Of a stretch of 61,608 nucleotides of DNA, positions 11,114-19,983 are shown piece after piece; the stretch's first letter is position 1, and each line of letters opens with the position of its first letter. Position numbers and translations under genes: made by a program. The notes beneath the pieces are model-generated. The model searched no databases. It was not told the DNA's origin and worked only from the letters and a program-made list of their open reading frames with translations. Source of the stretch: Syntrophaceae bacterium UBA4767 (GTDB lineage Bacteria > Desulfobacterota > Syntrophia > Syntrophales > UBA4767); contig DHHR01000079.1 of assembly GCA_002403385.1 (NCBI GenBank), positions 1 through 61,608 of the forward strand, written 5' to 3'.

Positions 11114-11302
11114 TTAGCCGGAAATCTTTTCCACAGAAACAACCTCCCGCCCCTTATAGGTTCCACAATGCCGGCATGCATGGTGGGGTAGTTTGGGTTC
11201 ATTGCACTGGGGGCATAATGATCTCGATGGAGGAGTCAGAAAATCGTGGGACCTTCTTTTATTCCTTCTTGTTCTGGAGTGTCTTTTTACTGGATTTGGC
11301 AT
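11114..11302 (-). CDS. rpmF: 50S ribosomal protein L32 (Zn-binding type)
   Basis: MPNPVKRHSRTRRNKRRSH; CPQC...PHHACRHCGTYKG. Confidence 0.97.
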   Translation of the reverse strand: MPNPVKRHSRTRRNKRRSHDFLTPPSRSLCPQCNEPKLPHHACRHCGTYKGREVVSVEKISG

Positions 11303-11353
11303 ATTCGCAACCTCATTATTTCAATTTATTCATTTGTTAACTTGTCGTATTTG

Positions 11354-11887
11354 TTAAATCTTCAACTTTTTTAGCACGGCAAACTGTCCAATGGTATTAG
11401 CAATATGGCAATGGCAACTTGCCATATTGAGATTTATTCCACAATGGGGACATAGGCCTTTGCATGATTCTTGGCAAAGAACTTTCATGGGAATCGGCAA
11501 AATAATTTGTTCGTAAATGATCGGATCAAGATCGATAAAGTCGCCCTCATAATAACCAAATTCGAGATCTTCGGCACAAAGCTCCATTTCTTCGCTCAAG
11601 CGCTTGTTATTTGCCGGCATAAGGATATATCGAAAGCCGTTTTTTACGGCAATGGATGTAGGTTCCAGACATCGGCAACAATTTGTATTGACAAATGTTT
11701 CAAGTTCCCCTTCGATCATGACGGTTTCCCGAATTTTTTTCAAGGAACATTTCACTTCGACTCTGCCGTGGGAAAATTCATTCTTTTCCTTTTCCGATAG
11801 TATATCGAGATAATAATTAGCTTCCTTGGAAAACGGAAGGGTTAAGCCCTCTTCGGGAATATTCACAATGTTGATCTTCAAAAACAC
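11354..11887 (-). CDS. yceD: DUF177/YceD family protein
   Basis: CCRCL, PMKVLCQESCKGLCPHCGINLN; precedes rpmF. Confidence 0.93.
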   Translation of the reverse strand: MFLKINIVNIPEEGLTLPFSKEANYYLDILSEKEKNEFSHGRVEVKCSLKKIRETVMIEGELETFVNTNCCRCLEPTSIAVKNGFRYILMPANNKRLSEEMELCAEDLEFGYYEGDFIDLDPIIYEQIILPIPMKVLCQESCKGLCPHCGINLNMASCHCHIANTIGQFAVLKKLKI

Positions 11888-11918
11888 CGCTCCGGTAACA
11901 GCTTTATAATAAAGTTGG

Positions 11919-11948
11919 ATTATAATGTAATTAAACTGGGGAAGTCAA
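11919..11948 (-). promoter_or_regulatory. sigma70 promoter for the yceD-rpmF-acpP... operon
   Basis: TTGACT, 18 nt, TATAAT on the minus strand, about 30 nt upstream of the GTG start. Confidence 0.65.
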
Positions 11949-12115
11949 TTACAAATTGGTTTATTGTCGAGAATCATTTACCAAGCATTGAAAACCAAAT
12001 ATTGAACCTTCTGTGGGTACAGGGTATGCGTTCTTGCTAGTGGAATAATTATTGATGATCTTTTAAAAAAGATTTAACATCATGCCATCAATAAAAATAT
12101 ACACAGGAGCGCAAA

Positions 12116-12520
12116 GTGCAAACGTTAACTGTCAGAACGGGCACAAGGGTTGAACTGATCGATATTACCGCACAACTTAGAACGTTATTGAAACAAAGCA
12201 ATATCAAAAACGGTGTTTGCCATATTTTTATACCCCACACGACTGCTGCCGTAACTATAAATGAAAATGCCGACCCTGACGTAGCGAGGGATATCATCGT
12301 CACCCTTGACAGGATTGTTCCCTTGAAAGGCGATTATCGGCATGTGGAGGGAAATTCCGCTGCACATATCAAGGCTTCCATATTCGGGGCATCGCAAACC
12401 ATCTTTATAGGGGATAGCGACTTTATCTTGGGAACATGGCAATCTATTTTCTTCTGCGAATTTGATGGACCCAGAACGAGAAAGGTTTTCGTCAAAATCT
12501 TGGGAAGCCCTTCGAATTGA
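12116..12520 (+). CDS. yjbQ: YjbQ/UPF0047 family (secondary thiamine-phosphate synthase)
   Basis: PHTTAAVTINENADPDV, HVEGNSAAHIKAS, LGTWQSIFFCEFDGPR. Confidence 0.95.
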   Translation: MQTLTVRTGTRVELIDITAQLRTLLKQSNIKNGVCHIFIPHTTAAVTINENADPDVARDIIVTLDRIVPLKGDYRHVEGNSAAHIKASIFGASQTIFIGDSDFILGTWQSIFFCEFDGPRTRKVFVKILGSPSN

Positions 12521-12526
12521 AAACCG

Positions 12527-13888
12527 TCACGATTGGGGGTTAAGAATTTCACTCAAGCTGGGGTGGGGGATTACCCAATTTGACAGGGCCTTTTTCCCTA
12601 GGCGACAGGCAACGGCCAGAACCATGGGAGTGATAAGTTCACAGGCTTTCTCTCCCACAATGGTTGCTCCCACCAGCTGATCTTTATGAAAAATGCTTTT
12701 TACAAAACCATTCCCATGCAATTCTGCCCTAGCCATGATGTTATTACCATATTCCACTTTTCTAATTTCTATTTCCAGGCCCTGCGCCCTTGTCTGCTTC
12801 TGAGTTAAACCGATCCGGGCGAGACTAGGATGAGAGTAAACCACGGAAGGGATGATAGCCTCATCGTAAAGGAACGAATGGTTACCGAACAGGTGATTGG
12901 CAAGAACTTTTCCCTGTTGAGCGGCCCGGTGTGCGAGCATTAAGCCGCCCGTGACATCACCGATAGCGTAAATGCCGTCAACACTGGTTTTTTGATTTTT
13001 ATCAATAATGATGCCTTGGGAATTGTAGTGGATTCCTACGCGATCCAATTCGTTGGAAACCAGACGCGGCTTTCTCCCCGTGCATATGAGGGCGTATTCG
13101 CTTTTAAAGTCAAGCATTCGTTCGGATTGCGAAGCACGCACACGAACCCCATCTTTGTCTTCCATAAGGGATAATACTTCTGTGGAGGTGCAAATTACAG
13201 CCCCCAATTTAGAAAGCTCCTGTTTCAGAAGCTCTGCGGCTTCGTTGTCTTCAAAGGGCAAAAGCTGCTCTGCAAGTTCCAGAAGTTGCACCTTGACCCC
13301 CATCTCGGCCAGGAATGTCGTAAATTCAACGCCGATGACACCGCCGCCAATGATAATGATGCTTTCGGGCAACGTCTGCAATTCCAAAAGCGTGTCAGAT
13401 GTCAGAATGCGTTTGGAAGGTTGAATTCCCGGCAGGAGAAAAGGGGAGGAACCCCAGGCAATTGTTATATTCTCAGTCTTCAAATGATGGATCGACCCGT
13501 CCGCCAGGATACATTGGACGTCCTGCGGGGAAGCGATGCTAGCTTTCCCCAATTTCATGTGAACACCGGCATCATGGAGTATTTTCTGGACACCAAGGGC
13601 GGAAATCTTGACCATCTGAGCTTGGTGGCGTTTTATCGCAGAGAAATTAAATGTGAAAGAGGCAGTTTCAACGCCGAGGCGCTTAAGTTTCTTCATGTCC
13701 GTGTAGGATTTGCTGCACGCCAGAAGGGCCTTGGTGGGAACACAGCCCTGATGGGTACAGGCGCCTCCCCATCCGTTTTTTTCGATGATGGCTACTTTCG
13801 CCCCCATTTTGGCTGCGTGTTCCGCGGCGGTAAAACCGCCTGGACCTGCACCAATTACAACAAGATCATATGCATCCGTCATTTTCAA
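12527..13888 (-). CDS. lpdA: Dihydrolipoyl dehydrogenase
   Basis: GAGPGG FAD motif, GGACTHQGCVPTK redox disulfide, GGGVIG NAD motif, C-terminal HPSLSE; next to lipA. Confidence 0.9.
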   Translation of the reverse strand: MKMTDAYDLVVIGAGPGGFTAAEHAAKMGAKVAIIEKNGWGGACTHQGCVPTKALLACSKSYTDMKKLKRLGVETASFTFNFSAIKRHQAQMVKISALGVQKILHDAGVHMKLGKASIASPQDVQCILADGSIHHLKTENITIAWGSSPFLLPGIQPSKRILTSDTLLELQTLPESIIIIGGGVIGVEFTTFLAEMGVKVQLLELAEQLLPFEDNEAAELLKQELSKLGAVICTSTEVLSLMEDKDGVRVRASQSERMLDFKSEYALICTGRKPRLVSNELDRVGIHYNSQGIIIDKNQKTSVDGIYAIGDVTGGLMLAHRAAQQGKVLANHLFGNHSFLYDEAIIPSVVYSHPSLARIGLTQKQTRAQGLEIEIRKVEYGNNIMARAELHGNGFVKSIFHKDQLVGATIVGEKACELITPMVLAVACRLGKKALSNWVIPHPSLSEILNPQS

Positions 13889-14787
13889 GCTCCGCCTGTG
13901 TAAAAGATAAAAGATTTCGCCGCATGATATGAGCTGCGCACTAGGGGGCCTGCTTCGACTCGCCTGAAGCCCATCCCAATGGTCGTTTGTTTGAGATGAT
14001 TGAATTCATCAGGTGCATAATAACGCGCCACGGGCCAATGATTTTTTGAAGGTTGCTGGTACTGCCCGATGGTTAAATGCTCGCACTGAACCTTTGACAG
14101 ATCCGAGAGAAGGTGGATAATATTTCCCATCGTTTCGCCAAATCCTACCATGAAACCGGATTTTATTATGATGGCGCTATGTTTTAAGTAACGATCGCGC
14201 CATAAACGCGCCCGGTTCAGAAGCTCCAAGGATAACTCGTAATTTCCCTGGGGACGGAGTCTTTTAAACAGGGCCGGCGCCACATCTATGTTGTGATTGA
14301 TAACATCCGGTTTGCTATCCATGACTCTCGCCAAGGCCTGCCGATTTCCCTTAAAATCCGGGATGAGTAATTCTACTTTACAATCCCGTATTTTTCGGCG
14401 TAGCTCTTCCACGCACCGAGCGAATATTTCAGCGCCGCCGTCAGCTAAATCGTCCCGGGTAACCGATGTGATGACAACATACCTTAGTCCAAGCGCTCTT
14501 GCGGCGTCCGCTAAACGTTGCGGTTCATCAAGGTCAACCGCTCCGGTGTTCCCCTGTGCGATATTGCAATAAAGGCAGTTTCTGGTACAGATATTGCCCA
14601 GAATGAGAAACGTGGCAGTCCCCTCAGCAAAGCACTCAGAAATATTTGGGCAGAGGGCTTCCTGGCAAACGGAATGGAGGTTGAAAGACTTCAGTACACC
14701 TTTCACTTTTTTAAACTCGTGACTGCTTGGCAATCTGACTTTCAACCATGCCGGTTTTCTGTGAGATGTTTCGGTGTTGCTTATCAT
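13885..14787 (-). CDS. lipA: Lipoyl synthase
   Basis: KPAWL, CQEALCPNISEC, CTRNCLYC, VRSSYHA. Confidence 0.97.
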   Translation of the reverse strand: MISNTETSHRKPAWLKVRLPSSHEFKKVKGVLKSFNLHSVCQEALCPNISECFAEGTATFLILGNICTRNCLYCNIAQGNTGAVDLDEPQRLADAARALGLRYVVITSVTRDDLADGGAEIFARCVEELRRKIRDCKVELLIPDFKGNRQALARVMDSKPDVINHNIDVAPALFKRLRPQGNYELSLELLNRARLWRDRYLKHSAIIIKSGFMVGFGETMGNIIHLLSDLSKVQCEHLTIGQYQQPSKNHWPVARYYAPDEFNHLKQTTIGMGFRRVEAGPLVRSSYHAAKSFIFYTGGA

Positions 14788-14803
14788 GGCCTGCTAGGTC
14801 TCG

Positions 14804-16282
14804 TTAAATTTTGTCTTGTGGAAATAACCGCTTATAAAAAAGGGGAAATTGATCCTTTCCTATTGCAAGCATGCAGACTAAAGGCATTGCTTTCTTTGCA
14901 TGATTGACTATTTGTTCTGTGATGTTTCTGATGTCCCATTGGGCATGTTGGTCGGCACGCAGGCGGGCGATGTGATACAACTCGCGGGCATTGACCTTCA
15001 ACAAAACCCTCTTTCGATGCGCGTTGGTGAGGATGTAAGGCGCCGCGAGGGGGTCTGTTTTTTTGATCTTACGGTATATTTTTTCTGTTTGAGCGATTAG
15101 TTTCAGAAAGTTTCTATCCATGCCGGTTTCATAAATGGAGGGAGGAATGGTGATGCCTTGATCGGGATCGTAATTCTGGCAGGTGATGGTTGCCATGCGG
15201 TGCCGCTTTAGCTGCGCGAAGCAGCTAGCGCTGAGAGTGATCTCAAATTGCAGGTCGGCATATTCAAATTCCCTAAGAGGCGTATCATAGGATTCCATTC
15301 TCCTTAACGCTGCGGCAACGAGTTTTTTCTTTTCCTGCTGATTTAACCGGCCTGCTATGTCAAGGCACTTTATAAAAGGGAACTCACATGAAGAATGAAT
15401 CAAAGCGGCGGCAATTTTTTCATCGGCAGCCGGAGTGGCGCAAATGAGTCGCACGGATTCACCCTCATTTTGTTGAGCAATAGCATCCTTGAGATTCCCT
15501 GTGACAGACGAAACTTCTTTCCTTAAATCCTGGCGGGTAAGGCTTTCATAGTCCGTCGCTTGTGTGTAACGAATCAACGAGGGGGCAATTCTCCTGATGG
15601 CCATGTGCAATTTCCTGCCGTATTCCCTGGCTTCCTTCAAGGGGTGCGCGGCCAGGCGCCGCAGCATCAGCTCTATATTCCTGGCATTGGCCGTCATTCC
15701 CAGCTGTGTTTCCGTGGCAAGGGGAATGATATAGCGAGCATCCTCTTTTGCCCAGCCTTCCAAGAGAGTTTTGTTTTTAGGATCTTCGGCCAAATCATTA
15801 TGCTTTTCGAATATGTAAGGCTTTAACTTTTCATAGAGTTTGAGGTAAAACTGGTTCTGGCGGTGGGCCATCGTCATAAAATCGTTTGCCAAACCGGCCT
15901 TTCTTATCTCTTTGGGAACGACAAAATCATCCTTAAAAAGGACATAGCGCTGTGATTTTTCCGTATAAGAGCAAAGGCGAAATTTTTCGATCTCCTCCAC
16001 TAAGAGCCTGGAGACGCCAATGATATCGATATTGAAAACGGCATGCTCGGCTACGGAGCTGTGCCCCATCTCAAAAACGATGTTTGTGTTGGATTGCCTG
16101 GCCTTTTCCACCTCTTTGCGGGCATCACTCCGAAGTTCATCTACCGTCTTGGGGCTCCGGCTGATCCGGGCGTAGGCGGCGGAGATCGTCTCCGGTGTGA
16201 GATACCGCACATTAGGGTGGTCTTCTTTAAATTCTCTGATTGTTTCGTAATCCAGATTATATCCAGCCAGTATGACCTTCAT
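14804..16282 (-). CDS. thyX: FAD-dependent thymidylate synthase, tandem two-domain form
   Basis: GHSSVAEH, SYTEKSQRY, EDARY in the N half; QLKRHRM, NARELYH...HAQWDIR in the C half; start taken at MKVILAG. Confidence 0.9.
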   Translation of the reverse strand: MKVILAGYNLDYETIREFKEDHPNVRYLTPETISAAYARISRSPKTVDELRSDARKEVEKARQSNTNIVFEMGHSSVAEHAVFNIDIIGVSRLLVEEIEKFRLCSYTEKSQRYVLFKDDFVVPKEIRKAGLANDFMTMAHRQNQFYLKLYEKLKPYIFEKHNDLAEDPKNKTLLEGWAKEDARYIIPLATETQLGMTANARNIELMLRRLAAHPLKEAREYGRKLHMAIRRIAPSLIRYTQATDYESLTRQDLRKEVSSVTGNLKDAIAQQNEGESVRLICATPAADEKIAAALIHSSCEFPFIKCLDIAGRLNQQEKKKLVAAALRRMESYDTPLREFEYADLQFEITLSASCFAQLKRHRMATITCQNYDPDQGITIPPSIYETGMDRNFLKLIAQTEKIYRKIKKTDPLAAPYILTNAHRKRVLLKVNARELYHIARLRADQHAQWDIRNITEQIVNHAKKAMPLVCMLAIGKDQFPLFYKRLFPQDKI

Positions 16283-16292
16283 AAAATTGCCT

Positions 16293-17099
16293 TTACCACT
16301 TGATGTGTTCCACGCGCGGGAGAGCCCGTCCAAGAAATCGTTCAGCGATACCCTGAAAGCGCAGGGGAAGATCGGTGACATAGAATTGGTGCTGAGGCTG
16401 GTTTATGTCGAAGCTCCGCAAGTTCTTTTCCGTCAAAAGGCTTGCCGTAATATCGGCCATGGATTCGGCAGAATCGATGAGATTTACTTTGGGGCCGGTA
16501 ATATCTTTGATAAGAGCCTTCAGCAGCGGATAATGAGTGCAGCCAAGCACGAGGGCATCAATATGCTCCGCTAGAACAGGACGAAGATATTCCTGAGCGG
16601 TAAGCCTGGTTACTTTATGGTCAAGCCATCCTTCCTCAACCAGCGGAACGAATAGCGGACACGCCTGGGAAAAAATTTTGATGCTGGGGTCATATTGGTG
16701 GATGGCCCTTGCATAGGCATTGCTGTTGATTGTTGCCAGTGTTCCAATAACGCCGATGCGCTTTTCTTTGGTTCCGGCAACGGCGCTACGGGCTCCTGCA
16801 TCAATCACATCCAGCACGGGAACAGGAGAAAGTTCTTTCACGACATGGTTGGCTACCGCGGCCATGGTGTTGCAGGCGATAATAAGCAACTTGACATCCT
16901 GCTGCAATAGGAATTCTGCAATCTGTGTGGCGTATCGGGCAATGGTTTCTACGGATTTTACTCCATAGGGCACCCGAGCAGTGTCTCCGAAGTAGATAAT
17001 ATTTTCAAAAGGCGCCCGTTCCATGAGCGCCCGGACAACCGTAAGCCCGCCGACACCGGAATCGAATACACCTATGGCATGCCGCGGATTATTGCGCAT
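16293..17099 (-). CDS. murI: Glutamate racemase
   Basis: FDSGVGGLTV, GDTARVPYG, ACNT, LGCTHYP. Confidence 0.98.
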   Translation of the reverse strand: MRNNPRHAIGVFDSGVGGLTVVRALMERAPFENIIYFGDTARVPYGVKSVETIARYATQIAEFLLQQDVKLLIIACNTMAAVANHVVKELSPVPVLDVIDAGARSAVAGTKEKRIGVIGTLATINSNAYARAIHQYDPSIKIFSQACPLFVPLVEEGWLDHKVTRLTAQEYLRPVLAEHIDALVLGCTHYPLLKALIKDITGPKVNLIDSAESMADITASLLTEKNLRSFDINQPQHQFYVTDLPLRFQGIAERFLGRALPRVEHIKW

Positions 17100-17144
17100 A
17101 GAACATCCCCCATGACAAAATAACTGCTTCCTATCAAAATCACC

Positions 17145-17167
17145 TTATCCATTTCTGAAATGGATAA
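17145..17167. promoter_or_regulatory. Perfect 11-1-11 palindrome upstream of murI (putative operator)
   Basis: TTATCCATTTC-T-GAAATGGATAA, about 45 bp upstream of the murI ATG. Confidence 0.5.
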
Positions 17168-17326
17168 TCTAAAAGGGCGTCTTATTTAACACAACGTTTT
17201 GAAAATTCATAGTAAAGAAGTATTAAAGAAGCTGTCCCAAATGAAAAACAGGCATTGATTAAAAGTCATTAATTGAGTAGGCTGGTTTCGTAAATACTAG
17301 AGTGAACCCCATCTATTGCACAAAAT

Positions 17327-17499
17327 GAGACCTTTGAATTTGTGATTAAATCGCCTTGCCGTCATTCCGTGCTTGACTTGAGCCTGCCCCGTACTCGATA
17401 CGGGGGAATCCAGTGTTTTCAAGCCGTTATAGATTCCGCCCCAATTTTCATCGGGGTGACGTGTCGGAATGACGTGAGGGGCCGTTTTTCAAAGGTCTC
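17327..17499. repeat. MITE-like palindromic element nested inside the IS
   Basis: TIR GAGACCTTTGAA...TTCAAAGGTCTC, flanked by AAAAT direct repeats; internal GTCATTCCG...CGGAATGAC stem and CCCCGTACTCGATACGGGG hairpin. Confidence 0.75.
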
Positions 17500-17558
17500 A
17501 AAATATGATAGAGTATTAGACAGGATCATTGCCCGATAAGGGTAGAAAGGATCATGTC

Positions 17559-18140
17559 ATGAAGTATAGAAGGTTCACTCAAGAATTTAAAAGATCAACC
17601 ATAGAGCAGTTGCTCAGTGAAACAGTTGGGTCTGCGGAACTTTGCAGGCGTTATGACATTTCTTCGCAGAGCAGCCTAAAACAAACCGAGAAAAAAGAAA
17701 GTTCATTGCCGGGAATCGCGTCCTTGTCGAAAGCATTCAAAGAGGGTGTGATCTCATGAATCTGCCCTGGAGGAGTTTTATCAAAAGGAGAAATCGTAAG
17801 TCTCTGAAGAGGACTTGGAATCCCGTATTGACGATATCTGTCTGGAGTTTCCCGGTTATGGGTATCGTAGAGTGACAAAGCAGCTTCATCGTGAAGGGTC
17901 GAGAGTCAACCACAAGAAGGTTTCCCGAATCATGCGGAAGAAGGGGTTGCAATGCCATCGCAGGAAGAGATGGGCAAGAACAACCGACGGCAATCGAAGA
18001 GGTTCAACTTTGGGAACACCGGACTATGGAAGATGTTAAAAAAAGGATTTCCTGTTTCATCGAGAATGTGTATAACTAAAAATGCTTACGCTCCTTTTGG
18101 GAGCTATTGGCCTCCGTGTGAGTTTGAAAAGATGTTAACA
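17559..18140 (+). pseudogene. IS3 transposase pseudogene (orfA HTH, orfB HTH_21 and C-terminal fragments; DDE core deleted)
   Basis: MKYRRFTQEFKRSTIEQLL...ELCRRYDIS; EFPGYGYRRVTKQLHREGSRVNHKKVSRIMRKKGL...TTD; EEVQLWEHRTMEDVKKRISCFIENVYN*, in different frames. Confidence 0.88.
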
Positions 18141-18204
18141 TTAACCCTTAACCACTGTCAGGATACTCTAATTGTATGGCCCTGATCTGTGCAACGTAAG
18201 GGGT

Positions 18205-19185
18205 TCAGTCCAGACAACACCCGTTTTTAGCTTGAAAATAAAGATGTAACCCCTCTAATAGCGATTTTTTATCACAGATATTGGTCAAAGTTTTCCTGTA
18301 TTGCGCTCCCCACTTCAAACCTTTAGTATACCATAGCAAATGTTTACGAAAACGCCTGAGACCATGCTTCTCCCCTGCATAGAAGATACTCTTTTCCAAA
18401 TGACATTTAATAATGTCTTCCCTTTCCGAAATTGACGGCACATAATACTCATTTCGCCCTTCCAAAAAAGATATTATATTTTTCAAGTTCCATGGTTCCC
18501 CCAAAACACCCCTGCCAACCATCACCGCATCGCATCCCGTAAGCGCAATCATCCGACATGCATCGTCCGGCCCTTTAATGTCTCCGTTTCCTACCACGGG
18601 AATACGTAAAGCCCTTTTTACGTCCCTTATGATTTCCCAACTTGCATGGCCGGCAAGTCCCTGGTCGGCTGTGCGGGGATGGACAATAACAGCATCTACA
18701 CCGCAATCCTGCGCGACTTGTGCAATCTGCACCGCCGTTATGCTGCGGCTGTTAATGCCCGCTCTAATTTTAACCGTAAGCGGCAGCGAGGTAGCGTTCC
18801 TGACGCTTCGCAAGATTTCAGATACTCTGCTGGGGTTGCCCATCAAGGCCACTCCTGCCCCTGTCTTGACTACCTTCCTGACAGGACATCCCATATTAAT
18901 GTCTATAAGATCAACACCTGCTTCGGCTGCAATTTTTGCCGCTTCGGCAAGGATAGCGGGATCGGCGCCGAATATTTGTGCCCCAAGAGGGCTATCACCT
19001 TGAAAAGATTGAAGATAACCGTAACTCCGATCCGTTTTTCTAACAAGGCCATCGGCGCTTATCATCTCCGTGAAAGCAAGACCGCAACCATATTTTCTTA
19101 CCATTTGCCTAAATGGCGGATCCGTAATGCCCGCCATAGGAGCCAGAAGTACAGAATTTTCTAAAGATAGGCTTCCTATCCTCAT
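18205..19185 (-). CDS. dusB: tRNA-dihydrouridine synthase B
   Basis: LAPMAGITD, DINMGCP, VKIRAG, GNGDI, VMVGRG, RKHLLWY. Confidence 0.95.
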   Translation of the reverse strand: MRIGSLSLENSVLLAPMAGITDPPFRQMVRKYGCGLAFTEMISADGLVRKTDRSYGYLQSFQGDSPLGAQIFGADPAILAEAAKIAAEAGVDLIDINMGCPVRKVVKTGAGVALMGNPSRVSEILRSVRNATSLPLTVKIRAGINSRSITAVQIAQVAQDCGVDAVIVHPRTADQGLAGHASWEIIRDVKRALRIPVVGNGDIKGPDDACRMIALTGCDAVMVGRGVLGEPWNLKNIISFLEGRNEYYVPSISEREDIIKCHLEKSIFYAGEKHGLRRFRKHLLWYTKGLKWGAQYRKTLTNICDKKSLLEGLHLYFQAKNGCCLD

Positions 19186-19934
19186 CCCATTGCCTTCTTT
19201 AAAAACTGCTGCGCTCTTTGAAGGTCTTCAGCAGTGTTGATTCCCATTACCTCCATAGGATCATCAGCAACAAATGACCTGACCTTAAAGTTTTTCTGGT
19301 TTGCTATCTTAACAATATCCGTCAAATAGTATTCATTTTGAGCATTTTCGCTGTCAAGCGCTGCCACGGCATCAAAAAGGAAAGGGCTTTGCATGCAGTA
19401 TATTCCTGTATTGATTTCCTTTATCTGTTTTTGTCTTGCCACCGCATCCTTTTCTTCCACGATTTGCAAAACATCCCCTGTTTCATTTTTAATGACGCGC
19501 CCATAACCAAACGGATTGTTCAAAACTGTTGTCAATACCGTAATGACAGATTTTTGCATCATGTGGCAATCAATCAGAGCATAAACGGTGGAAACTTTCA
19601 ACAATGGGACATCGCCGCATAAGATGAGCACCGTTCCTTTGTGATGCTTCAAGACATCCGCCGCCTGAAGAACTGCATGTCCCGTTCCCAATTGTTCACG
19701 TTGCTCCACAAAAATCAATCCTTTATTTTTAAAGGCTTTTTTTACCTCTTCGGCTTGATGCCCAATGACAACAACAACTTTTTCCGATTGAACCGCTTGT
19801 GCAATATCAACCGGATAGGTCAACATCGGTTTCCCCCTCAGCGGATGCAAAACCTTTGCCAAATCAGATTTCATTCTCTTTCCCTTGCCGGCAGCAAGGA
19901 TAATCGTTGATAATCTTTCCCCTATATTTTCCAT
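19182..19934 (-). CDS. GlmU N-terminal domain only (GlcNAc-1-phosphate uridyltransferase)
   Basis: LAAGKGKRMKSDLAKVLH, EQLGTGHAV, GDVPL, YGRV, IVEEKDA, EINTGIY, NAQNEYYLTD, GIN; ends at about 250 aa with no beta-helix. Confidence 0.9.
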   Translation of the reverse strand: MENIGERLSTIILAAGKGKRMKSDLAKVLHPLRGKPMLTYPVDIAQAVQSEKVVVVIGHQAEEVKKAFKNKGLIFVEQREQLGTGHAVLQAADVLKHHKGTVLILCGDVPLLKVSTVYALIDCHMMQKSVITVLTTVLNNPFGYGRVIKNETGDVLQIVEEKDAVARQKQIKEINTGIYCMQSPFLFDAVAALDSENAQNEYYLTDIVKIANQKNFKVRSFVADDPMEVMGINTAEDLQRAQQFLKKAMG

Positions 19935-19983
19935 ATTCAACTTCCAACTCAATATTTTTGTTTCATTTACAGGAAAGCCTATA

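Larger units (their letters stand above)
17298..18212 (+). mobile_element. Degenerate, internally deleted IS3-family element
   Basis: Left IR TAGAGTGAACCCCATCTATTGCACA and right IR TGTGCAACGTAAGGGGTTCAGTCCA; contains orfA and orfB fragments. Confidence 0.85.

Noticed and set aside
17342-17539. 65-aa ORF
   Set aside because: Lies mostly within the palindromic MITE; typical repeat-derived spurious ORF.
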